DNA of 43,228 nucleotides from assembly GCA_903930425.1 (NCBI GenBank), contig CAIYYV010000216.1, forward strand, positions 1 through 43,228, written 5' to 3'. The notes beneath the pieces were generated by a model. That model was not told the origin of the DNA, searched no databases, and saw nothing but the letters and a program-made list of their open reading frames with translations. Shown piece after piece: positions 1-9,295 of the stretch (position 1 is its first letter; every line of letters begins with the position of its first letter). The position numbers and the translations under genes were made by a program. The DNA comes from Akkermansiaceae bacterium (lineage in GTDB: Bacteria; Verrucomicrobiota; Verrucomicrobiia; Verrucomicrobiales; Akkermansiaceae).

Positions 1-2
1 GT

Positions 3-515
3 GACCACACCCGCGGTATGGCCGCCACTCTCGCACTGGCTTGGTTCACCCCAGACAACCTCTACCTCGCCAATGCTGGCGACTCCCGCATCTATCTCTC
101 CCGCAACGGTCAACTCGCACAACTCACCCGCGACCATACCGCCGCCTGGGGCCAGTGGAAACGCGGCGAAATCTCCGAAATCGAATACCGCTCCCACCCG
201 CGCCGCTCGGCCCTCTACGAAGTCATCGGCGGCGGCCACTTCAATGTGTGCCCGCACTTCGCCGTGATCCCCTATCAAACCGGCGATCATTTCCTGATTT
301 GCTCTGACGGTCTGATCGACGGTGTCTGGGAACGCCACCTCTCAAACGCCCTCGCCGCCAACCGCCCCCCCGAAGAAACCACCCAAATCCTGCTCAAACG
401 CTCCACTGAAAACTCGGGCATCGACGACACCACCCTGATCGTCATCCACATCCACTCTGCCCCCACCGAGCCCGATGAAAAAATTGCCCTCGATGTTGGC
501 ACGCCCGATGCTTAA
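3..515 (+). CDS. PP2C-family Ser/Thr protein phosphatase (5'-truncated by the window edge)
   Basis: Motifs ANAGDSRIY, QLTRDHT, LICSDGL and DDTT are typical of PPM/PP2C phosphatases; the frame is open from position 3. Confidence 0.9.
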   Translation, partial: DHTRGMAATLALAWFTPDNLYLANAGDSRIYLSRNGQLAQLTRDHTAAWGQWKRGEISEIEYRSHPRRSALYEVIGGGHFNVCPHFAVIPYQTGDHFLICSDGLIDGVWERHLSNALAANRPPEETTQILLKRSTENSGIDDTTLIVIHIHSAPTEPDEKIALDVGTPDA

Positions 516-586
516 ATCCGACGACCATTCCGGCCACGCGAGCAACGATCCCTTTTCCTACCTCATTATTTTCACCCCTGAACCCC

Positions 587-1603
<1,017 letters not shown>

Positions 1604-1613
1604 ACCGGCCCGA

Positions 1614-2399
1614 TCACCGGAACGCATCCCACTCGGGCTCGTTCTCGAAAATCCAGCGGTAGTAATCACTGCCTAACAGGTCACTGGCGGCGAGTTCGTC
1701 CACCACCACATTGCAGCGGGCGTGGAGTTGCAGCGCGGTGGCGGAAATCATCGCGGTGATCGGACCCTCAACCGCCTTGGCCACAATGTCCGCCTTCTCG
1801 GTGTCGGTGGCCATCAGCAGGCAGCGACGGGCATCCAGGATGGTGCCCACACCCATCGTGATCGCGCGGAGGGGCATCTGGTCGGGACTGTCGAAATACG
1901 GGGCGTTCTGTGCCCGCGTCAACGGCGCGAGCGCCTTGACCCGGGTCCTGGAGCGCAGCGCAGATAGCGGTTCATTGAAGCCCAAATGCCCAGCACGGCC
2001 GATACCTAACAACTGCAGGTCAATGCCGCCACAGCGGCTGATTTGCTCTTCGTAACGTGCGCACTCGAAATCGAGGTTGTCAGCCATACCATCAGGCAGG
2101 TGGGTGTTGCGCAAATCGATGTTCACTTGCATGAAGAGATGTTGATTCATGTAGTGCCGGTAGGAATAACGATCCCCCGCAGGCAGGCCGACATATTCAT
2201 CCAAATTGAACGTGCGACACAGCGAGAAATCGAGTTGCTCTTCGCGGTGAAGACGCACCAAGCGTGCATAGACCGATTCCATAGTGCGGCCAGTGGCCAA
2301 CCCTAACACAAGATTAGGATTGCCCCGGAGTTCTTTGGCGATGATGCGGGCCACCAGATCGGCGGCCGCATCGGCGGTGGGTCGAATGATGACTTCCAT
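1614..2399 (-). CDS. nagB: Glucosamine-6-phosphate deaminase
   Basis: LGLATGRT, TFNLDEYVGL, GGIDLQLLGIG, GHLGFNEP and AITMGVGTI motifs. Confidence 0.95.
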   Translation of the reverse strand: MEVIIRPTADAAADLVARIIAKELRGNPNLVLGLATGRTMESVYARLVRLHREEQLDFSLCRTFNLDEYVGLPAGDRYSYRHYMNQHLFMQVNIDLRNTHLPDGMADNLDFECARYEEQISRCGGIDLQLLGIGRAGHLGFNEPLSALRSRTRVKALAPLTRAQNAPYFDSPDQMPLRAITMGVGTILDARRCLLMATDTEKADIVAKAVEGPITAMISATALQLHARCNVVVDELAASDLLGSDYYRWIFENEPEWDAFR

Positions 2400-2417
2400 G
2401 GCGTGTCTTGGCGCGGC

Positions 2418-3494
2418 TCAAGCCAACCCGAATTCGGTTTTGTTCTGGTCGAATGAAACAAGCACCGGTTTGTCGGAAAGCTTGGCTTTAAGCAACGATT
2501 GCTCGTCTGCACCAGCCACTAACGGCAAGGCAACCTGCCCACCCTCGGCGGCCGATCGCTGCAGAGCCATCATGATCTCCGCACCCAGACAGGCGTGTTC
2601 CAGATTGCACTGATGAACTTTCGAGTCGTCGTCCAACCAATCCGCCATTTCCTGGATGTAAGGTGGCATGTCGTCATCATAATTCATCGCGCCCTCTCCG
2701 CTTTGCGCGCCGCCGCTTGCAGTGACTGCTCGCCAACCGCCGTTAGTAAGCACTTCGGCAAAGCCCTCGGTGCCCTGCGCCCCGATACGGTTTTTACCCC
2801 ACCACTTGGCGACTTCCGGTTGGTCGGGCGCACCCGCGCCACATTCGTAAACGCCGCGCACTCCGTTAGAAAATTGCACGAATCCACCGATGTAATCAGG
2901 CGATGGATGATTGTCGGAAAACTTCGACTTGCCTGCAGCCTGGGCCATGGCCCAAACGCCCGGCGTGTAATCGTTATACCACATGGAATAATCAATAAGA
3001 TGCGAAAGCATGTGCGTCATCCAACCGGTGGCACTCCCATAGACCGTGTGGACCCGGCCGAGCGCGCCGCTCGCCACGATCTCCTTAACTTTCTGATAGT
3101 GTTTTCCGTAGCGGTGCTGGTGGCTCACAACAGCCTTGGCGCCGGCCTTGCGAATCATGTCACGGATGCTGAGCATCTCGGCGCTGGTGAGCGCTACCGG
3201 CTTCTCAAATGCAATCAACTTGGCACCGCTGTCGAGCGCGGCTTGAATCATCGGGGTGCGGAGATTCGGAAGCGTGCAAAAACAAAATACGTCAGGCTTC
3301 ACGGCCATGGCCAATGCCGCGGCGTCCGTGCCGGTTTGCGGGTTGCCGAGTTTCGCGGCGGCGTCCTCAAGACGTTTTGGATCGATGTCGCAAATGCCGA
3401 CAACCTGAAATTTGGGATTGGCATTGAAGCTGGTGGCGTGGTGCATGCCGCGCTTTCCCATGCCGACGATGAGGACTTTGTATTTGGAATTCAT
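2418..3494 (-). CDS. Gfo/Idh/MocA-family NAD(P)-dependent oxidoreductase
   Basis: N-terminal Rossmann motif VGMGKRG, EKP motif (IAFEKPVA) and SHLID; 358 aa. Confidence 0.85.
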   Translation of the reverse strand: MNSKYKVLIVGMGKRGMHHATSFNANPKFQVVGICDIDPKRLEDAAAKLGNPQTGTDAAALAMAVKPDVFCFCTLPNLRTPMIQAALDSGAKLIAFEKPVALTSAEMLSIRDMIRKAGAKAVVSHQHRYGKHYQKVKEIVASGALGRVHTVYGSATGWMTHMLSHLIDYSMWYNDYTPGVWAMAQAAGKSKFSDNHPSPDYIGGFVQFSNGVRGVYECGAGAPDQPEVAKWWGKNRIGAQGTEGFAEVLTNGGWRAVTASGGAQSGEGAMNYDDDMPPYIQEMADWLDDDSKVHQCNLEHACLGAEIMMALQRSAAEGGQVALPLVAGADEQSLLKAKLSDKPVLVSFDQNKTEFGLA

Positions 3495-3529
3495 GGTGTT
3501 AGATCTTGAATGACTTTAGTATGAGTGAA

Positions 3530-3567
3530 ACAGGGCACCTGAGGGAAAATCAACCCAGGTGCCCTGT
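3530..3567 (-). terminator. Intergenic stem-loop (weak terminator or mRNA-stabilising hairpin) between the aminotransferase and oxidoreductase genes
   Basis: Perfect 12-bp inverted repeat ACAGGGCACCTG ... CAGGTGCCCTGT with only a short T-run on the minus strand. Confidence 0.45.
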
Positions 3568-3605
3568 GATAATTCAGTGAGGAATCCGTTTCCGGACGCG
3601 CCTCA

Positions 3606-4730
3606 TCAGGCGTTCGCCTTGTCCCAGGCTTGCACTTGGGCGATGACGTAATCGACTTCCTCCTCGGTGAGTTCAGGGAACATCGGAAGGCTGACGCAGG
3701 TCGCCGCATTGCGTTCGGCATGGTCCACGGAGCCCACGATACGGGCTTCCTTGCCCCATGGATAACCCGCTTGCTTGTGAATCGCGATGCTGTAGTGAGT
3801 CTTGGCATCGACCCCGTTCGCGACGAGGAAATCCACCATCTTGTCGCGATCCTCAACCTTCTTGGTCTCTAGGGCGTAAAGATGGAAAACATGGCGATAA
3901 CCGGGCAATTCGGTCGGAAGAATGAACGTCTTGCTGCCTTGCAAGGCAGCCGTGTAACGAGCGGACCATTTGCGACGCAGGTCATTGTAGTCATCGATAT
4001 GTTTGAGCTTGGCACTGAGCACACCGGCATGCAGGTCATCGAGACGGCTGTTAAAGCCAAACGAGTGGACATTGCGGGCGGTGGATCCGTGATTGCGAAG
4101 ACGGCGAACCTCGGCGTCAATCGCGGGGCAGTTCGTCACCAATGCACCGCTGTCTCCAAAGGTGCCAAGGTTTTTCTGAATGATGAAACTCGTGGTCGCC
4201 GCATCACTGAGCTCCCCAATTTTGAAACCGGGACCCGAGGCACCGATGGCTTGCGCGTTGTCCTCAATGAGTTTGAGCCCGTGCTTGTCCGCGATTTTTT
4301 TGATGGCGATCATGTCGGCACATTGGCCGTAAAGATGCACCGGGATGATGGCCTTGGTCTTCGACGTGATGGCCGCCTCGATCTTGGTCGGATCAATGCA
4401 CTTGGTGACAGGGTCACAATCAATGAGCACCGCAGTCGCGCCGGCAATCCAGATCGCTTCGGCTGTCGCAAAAAACGTGTTCGCATGCGTGATGACCTCA
4501 TCGCCTGGGCCTATGCCCAATGCCATCAAGGCAAGCCAGATGGCGTCGGTGCCGTTCGCCAATCCCACGGCATATTTCGTACCGGAGTATTGGGCAAACT
4601 CACCCTCAAAACGCTTGAGCATCGGCCCTTGCACATAGTTACCGCTCAACAGCACTTCTTGGATGTTGGCGTCGATTTCTTGCTGGATATTTTTGTATTG
4701 GCGGACGTGTCCGTAAAATTCAACTTTCAT
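3606..4730 (-). CDS. DegT/DnrJ/EryC1/StrS-family PLP-dependent sugar aminotransferase
   Basis: NGTDA, GDEVIT, IIPVHLYGQ, IEDNAQAIG and SFIIQKNLG (PLP lysine), plus GFNSRLD. Start placed at ATG 4730 (MKVEF); the ORF extends to 4781. Confidence 0.9.
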   Translation of the reverse strand: MKVEFYGHVRQYKNIQQEIDANIQEVLLSGNYVQGPMLKRFEGEFAQYSGTKYAVGLANGTDAIWLALMALGIGPGDEVITHANTFFATAEAIWIAGATAVLIDCDPVTKCIDPTKIEAAITSKTKAIIPVHLYGQCADMIAIKKIADKHGLKLIEDNAQAIGASGPGFKIGELSDAATTSFIIQKNLGTFGDSGALVTNCPAIDAEVRRLRNHGSTARNVHSFGFNSRLDDLHAGVLSAKLKHIDDYNDLRRKWSARYTAALQGSKTFILPTELPGYRHVFHLYALETKKVEDRDKMVDFLVANGVDAKTHYSIAIHKQAGYPWGKEARIVGSVDHAERNAATCVSLPMFPELTEEEVDYVIAQVQAWDKANA

Positions 4731-4886
4731 GGTGGGGCGTTGGTAAAGTGACGACGCACGCGTGACAAGCATTGTTTTCATACTATTTTCAGCGCACGCC
4801 TGACGCCCATCCGGTCGCGAAACGGATGACTCCGGGCACGCCTATTCCAGCGACACGAATCTCTCCAGCCGTGGGCGTTTGAATAC

Positions 4887-4912
4887 ACCGCCTGCGCGGA
4901 TGCACAGGCGGT
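4887..4912 (-). terminator. Stem-loop downstream of rplQ (possible terminator)
   Basis: Minus-strand ACCGCCTGTGC-ATCC-GCGCAGGCGGT, an 11-bp stem with one G-U pair; the U-tract is weak. Confidence 0.4.
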
Positions 4913-4939
4913 TTGCGGAATCGTTGAACCGGACACCGC

Positions 4940-5392
4940 TTATTCGGCGGACGCCGCAGCGGTCTTCTCCTTGGCCGGTTTGGCATCTGCCGCCACTTCC
5001 TCAACCGCTTCCGCGGCCGGCTCTTCCGAGGCGACCACACGGTCCACCCATTCGATGAGCGCCATCGGAGCGGAGTCGCTCATGCGGGCACCGAGCTTGG
5101 TGATCCGACAATAGCCGCCTTGACGATCGATCGAGGCGGGTGCCACCTCCGCAAAAAGCTTTTTAACGGATTCCTTCTGATGGAGAAAGGCAATTGCCAG
5201 ACGACGGGAATGAAGATCGTCTCGCTTGGCGAGCGTCACCAATTTCTCCGCCACAGGGCGCAGTGCCTTGGCCTTGCCAAGAGTGGTTTTGATACGACCA
5301 TGCTCAATCAGGCTGCACGCCAAGTTGGCGAGCAGAGCCCTGCGATGCGAGGCGTTGCGTTTCAGTTTAACGGTTTTGCTGCGATGTCTCAT
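4940..5392 (-). CDS. rplQ: 50S ribosomal protein L17
   Basis: MRHR...LKRNASHRRALLANLACSLIEHGRIKTT...RQGGYCRITK...DSAPMALIEW; lies directly downstream of rpoA. Confidence 0.97.
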   Translation of the reverse strand: MRHRSKTVKLKRNASHRRALLANLACSLIEHGRIKTTLGKAKALRPVAEKLVTLAKRDDLHSRRLAIAFLHQKESVKKLFAEVAPASIDRQGGYCRITKLGARMSDSAPMALIEWVDRVVASEEPAAEAVEEVAADAKPAKEKTAAASAE

Positions 5393-5421
5393 CGGGTGCT
5401 GCGTTTTCTAAAAGTTAATGG

Positions 5422-6504
5422 TTAGTCGTCAAGATTCTGGGCGATCAGATCGGCGAGGCCGACTGGAGTTTCATCTTCCCCGCCCAAGCGCGGGCCACGG
5501 GAGGCCGTGGAGGAACCCGCGAGCATGTATGGCTCAAAGGATAACCCCAATCCAAGACCCAGCTCCACCAGCTTGTCCTTGATCTCATTGAGCGACTTCT
5601 TGCCGAAGTTGCGGTATTTGAGCATTTCAGCCTCGGTCTTCATCGCAAGTTGACCGACTGTGGTGATATTCGCGTTGTTCAAACAATTCGCGGCGCGAAC
5701 CGAAAGTTCAATCTCATTGACGGACATGTTGAGCAACTTCTTGAGCGCGGCATTTTCCTCGCTCGACTCGGCCGGCGCTTCCTCGAAGTTCACCGCGTTC
5801 TCATCATAGTTGACGAACACATCTAAGTGATGACGCAAAATTGACGAGGCCTGCAACAACGCGTCCTGCGGCGTGATCCGCCCGTCAGTCCACACGTCAA
5901 TCACCAACTTGTCATACTCGGTCATCTGACCGACACGGGTCGTCTCCACCGCGTATTTCACCCGGGTTACCGGCGAGAAAATCGAGTCAATCGCAATCAC
6001 GCCGATCGGTTGGTCTTTGCGCTTGTTTTCATCGCCCGTGGAAAACCCGCGTCCGACCCGAACCTCAAATTCACAGTCGAACTTCACCTTCTTGTCCAAG
6101 GTGCAAATGACCTGATCCTTGTTGATCACATCGTAAATATGGTCTGCTAGAATGTCACCTGCGGTGATCACGCCGTCCTTCTCCACCTTGATGGTGAGAA
6201 TCCTCGGCTCCTTCTCATTGTGGCTGAACTTCACCTTCTTGAGGTTAAGCACGATGTCCGTCACGTCTTCCACGACTCCTGGAAGACTGGAAAATTCGTG
6301 CTGAACGCCTGAGATTCTGACAGATGTGATGGCCGCCCCCTCCAAGGACGATAACAACACGCGGCGCAGCGAGTTGCCTATCGTGTGCCCGTATCCTCGC
6401 TCAAATGGCTCGGCAATAAACTGGGCGTATGTGTCTGTGGCGGTTTCCTCGTTACTAACGAGATGGTTCGGTAGCTCGAAACGAGCAAGTTTAATGGCTG
6501 ACAT
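5422..6504 (-). CDS. rpoA: DNA-directed RNA polymerase subunit alpha
   Basis: EPFERGYGHTIGNSLRRVLLSSLEG, DSIFSPV and alpha-CTD ELSVRAANCL...NFGKKSLNEIK. Start placed at ATG 6504 (MSAIKLARF). Confidence 0.97.
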   Translation of the reverse strand: MSAIKLARFELPNHLVSNEETATDTYAQFIAEPFERGYGHTIGNSLRRVLLSSLEGAAITSVRISGVQHEFSSLPGVVEDVTDIVLNLKKVKFSHNEKEPRILTIKVEKDGVITAGDILADHIYDVINKDQVICTLDKKVKFDCEFEVRVGRGFSTGDENKRKDQPIGVIAIDSIFSPVTRVKYAVETTRVGQMTEYDKLVIDVWTDGRITPQDALLQASSILRHHLDVFVNYDENAVNFEEAPAESSEENAALKKLLNMSVNEIELSVRAANCLNNANITTVGQLAMKTEAEMLKYRNFGKKSLNEIKDKLVELGLGLGLSFEPYMLAGSSTASRGPRLGGEDETPVGLADLIAQNLDD

Positions 6505-6610
6505 GGGGTATCTTGGATTGCCGGGTTTCCCTCCAGCGGGCGATAACGTCCCGAATGATACGGGACGATGCGGAGGACCGACGGCGTGATTGAATGGCCC
6601 GCGGACGGCG

Positions 6611-6639
6611 ACTAAATGACGACTCGCCCCGCCTTGCAA
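6611..6639 (-). promoter_or_regulatory. Candidate sigma70-type promoter for rpoA-rplQ
   Basis: Minus strand TTGCAA-N17-TTTAGT about 100 nt upstream of the rpoA ATG; the -10 match is imperfect. Confidence 0.3.
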
Positions 6640-6757
6640 TGCATTTTTACCCATCTCATGACAAAAAAATCATTATTTTCCTTTCCCGCTGAAAAAAAAC
6701 GCTGGATTTCTAGCAGAGAAAGGGCAAGATGACCAAGTATTCAAATACCACACACCT

Positions 6758-7024
6758 ATGAAATCGAAGAAAAATCTGACCCGTTTCACCTACGAAAGCG
6801 CAGCCTTTGAAGGATGGCGCCTTTGCATCAGCCGTGCCGGAACCACCTTCACTCGCTATTATCCCGACAAAAAACTCGGTGGCGGCAAGAAGTCCCTCGC
6901 GGCCGCTGAAAAAGCCCTCGCAGAGCTTAAGACCCTCATCGATGGATCGAAGCGCATCGACGGCAAACTGAGCCCGCTGACGATCCGCAAGGCAGAAAAA
7001 CTCCTTGCCGACTCTGTTGGCTGA
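6758..7024 (+). CDS. Small basic protein with an AP2/ERF-like DNA-binding fold
   Basis: 88 aa, Lys-rich; GWRLCISRAGTTFTRYYPDKKLGGGKKSLAAA resembles the three-strand-plus-helix AP2 pattern (W...F/Y..K.G...A...A). Clean ATG start and a downstream terminator. Confidence 0.6.
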   Translation: MKSKKNLTRFTYESAAFEGWRLCISRAGTTFTRYYPDKKLGGGKKSLAAAEKALAELKTLIDGSKRIDGKLSPLTIRKAEKLLADSVG

Positions 7025-7044
7025 AGCACCGGAGTTTGCGTCCT

Positions 7045-7106
7045 CCCCGGCACACTTCGGTGAGCGGGGTTTTATCCGTGGGGTTCACTACGCCCCGCGG
7101 ATTTTT
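7045..7106 (+). terminator. Tandem intrinsic terminator-like hairpins
   Basis: CCCCGGCACAC-TTCG-GTGAGCGGGG-TTTT (C(UUCG)G loop), then ATCCGTGGGG-N9-CCCCGCGGAT-TTTT. Confidence 0.6.
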
Positions 7107-7218
7107 GCGTCCGTGAGCACTGCGATCCCCGATTGCTTCCGGTCGTGACTTGTCCAAACTGCAGTGCAGGTCGTGCCGTAAATCATCGGTTTTTTTTGAA
7201 TGCATAGAGCGAATGGTT

Positions 7219-8721
7219 ATGAACCCCATCACACCCGCCAAGGGATTGACCGGATTTCTTGAAAAGTTTCTCTGTCTGCGTCACGCGCCGCGGGAACTAT
7301 GGATCATTTACATCGCCTACATTCTGGAAAACCTGGCCTACAAGGCAGGTGCCGCCAGTGTCTTGCCGCTTTGGCTATCATCCGATCTGGGCTTTGACGA
7401 CGTCAAGGCCGGTGCCATGGTGGCCGGTTGGTCCGCGATCATGACTTTGCTCACGGTATTTGTGGGGTCGCTCACAGATGCCCTTGGCATCCGCAAGACA
7501 TTCCTTCTCGGATTTGTGGTCTGCCTGATATCGCGCATCATCATGACTACCAGCGCAAGCCGCTGGATCGCGTTGCCCGGCGGGCTCTATCTGCAGGCCA
7601 TCGGGCTGGCACTGATGGTGCCGGTGATGGTCGCGGCGGTCAAACGATACACCAACGCCGCCCAGCGCTCAGTCGCATTCTCGCTTTACTATGCCCTCAT
7701 GAATCTCGGCTTTGCCTGCGGCGATTGGATTCTCGACCGTGTCCGCGCCAAACCTCCCGTGGGTCTCGGCGAGCACGGTTTGTGGATCATGCCATGGCTG
7801 GGTATGGAACTGAGCACCTACCGGGTATTGATTTTGCTAAGCGTGGTCTTCACCGTGCCCGGGTTGTTAGTGGTCTGGTGGTTTTTGCGTGATGGGGTGG
7901 AAATGACCGAGGAAGGGGTGGTGGTCACACCGCGTCCCGCCACTGTTGCAGGCAAAAACTGGGCCCTTGCCCTGTGGGACAACACCCGGGCGACGGCCGT
8001 CAAAACCGGGAAAATCTTCGCGGGTTTGTGGGGACAGCCGTCATTTTACCGGTTTCTTCTTTTCATGACGCTTGTGGTGGGCGTCAAAATGATCTTCTTC
8101 CATTTGAATTACACCTTCCCGAAATTCGCCATTCGGGAGTTGGGCGACGGGGCACCGTTTGCCCGGCTAACAGGCATGCTTAACTCGCTATTGATTGTCG
8201 TGCTGGTTCCCATCTCCGGCGTGCTCACGCAAAAGATCACGGCCTATCGGATGGTCACGGTCGGCAGTTTGATTTCCGCGTTGTCGGTATTTTTCATCGC
8301 CATGCCACCCGAATGGTTCACGTCACTGGCGGACTGCTGGCTTGGCCACAGCATTGCGCACAGTTGGCTGGGCGTCCAAGGCAGCGTGAATCCGCTCTAT
8401 GTTTCGATCTTTTTGTTCACGGTCTTTCTTTCACTGGGCGAGGCATTATGGTCGCCACGGCTATACGAGTATTCTGCGGCGATTGCCCCGCACGGCCAGG
8501 AGGCCTCGTATATGGCGTTGTCGCTGCTGCCATTTTTTGGAGCGAAGCTGTTAGTTGGCGGCATTTCCGGCCCACTGCTTGCACACTATTGTCCTGCCGA
8601 TGGGGTACGGCATTCCGGGACGATGTGGATGATCATCGGCTGCATTGCGATGATCACGCCGATCGGGGCGGTGCTGTTCCGGAAGCGGCTTCAGGTTCAC
8701 GAGGAAGGCCGGGACAATTGA
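7219..8721 (+). CDS. MFS transporter (POT/PTR-like)
   Basis: About 12 hydrophobic segments; GSLTDALGIRK (MFS motif A), AFSLYYALMNLG, LGEALWSPR and APHGQEASYM. Start ATG at 7213 or 7219. Confidence 0.85.
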   Translation: MNPITPAKGLTGFLEKFLCLRHAPRELWIIYIAYILENLAYKAGAASVLPLWLSSDLGFDDVKAGAMVAGWSAIMTLLTVFVGSLTDALGIRKTFLLGFVVCLISRIIMTTSASRWIALPGGLYLQAIGLALMVPVMVAAVKRYTNAAQRSVAFSLYYALMNLGFACGDWILDRVRAKPPVGLGEHGLWIMPWLGMELSTYRVLILLSVVFTVPGLLVVWWFLRDGVEMTEEGVVVTPRPATVAGKNWALALWDNTRATAVKTGKIFAGLWGQPSFYRFLLFMTLVVGVKMIFFHLNYTFPKFAIRELGDGAPFARLTGMLNSLLIVVLVPISGVLTQKITAYRMVTVGSLISALSVFFIAMPPEWFTSLADCWLGHSIAHSWLGVQGSVNPLYVSIFLFTVFLSLGEALWSPRLYEYSAAIAPHGQEASYMALSLLPFFGAKLLVGGISGPLLAHYCPADGVRHSGTMWMIIGCIAMITPIGAVLFRKRLQVHEEGRDN

Positions 8722-8730
8722 GGAGCGGCC

Positions 8731-9027
8731 TCAATGACCCTCGTTGCGGGCCAGTTGGTCTGCCTCTTCCTCATGCGAATGGATATGCAGGGTTGCCTGC
8801 ACGCCTTCACGTTCCGCCGCCGCTTTAAGCACACTGCGAATGGCCGATGCGGTGAATCCATTGCGACCAATCAACATGGCCACGTCGGCCTGCGCCAGCA
8901 CCAGCTTGAATCGCAACTTCTTCGGCGCAAGCTCCGCAACTTTCAACTGCGCTTGCGCCGGATCATCGATGAGCTGCACGGCTACATACTGGAGAAAATT
9001 CCTCAATCGTTCGGTGACGGGTTCCAT
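8731..9027 (-). CDS. KH-domain RNA-binding protein (KhpA-like)
   Basis: LIDDP...DVAMLIGRNGFTASAIRSVLKAAA is the KH_4/KhpA GxxG pattern. Start placed at ATG 9027. Confidence 0.8.
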   Translation of the reverse strand: MEPVTERLRNFLQYVAVQLIDDPAQAQLKVAELAPKKLRFKLVLAQADVAMLIGRNGFTASAIRSVLKAAAEREGVQATLHIHSHEEEADQLARNEGH

Positions 9028-9295
9028 GGGCAAAACATGACCCAGGATCGCGTGCACGGCAAGCCCGGCTTCACGGGGCTCGGCATGAATTTGGATCTAC
9101 GAATCCTCGAAGATTTTTTAACCGGCACTATTGACACAGGCGAAGGAATGCCCGCTCTTGTGGCGTATCACGCGAGATCCCAACCGAATGGCCGCCCCCA
9201 ATCCCACTCATCCAAAGTCCCTCTGCATCGGTTGCCCTCGCCCTGGCAATCCCCACGCAAGCACACACCCATCACTCACTCGCCTTGCCGGATCA

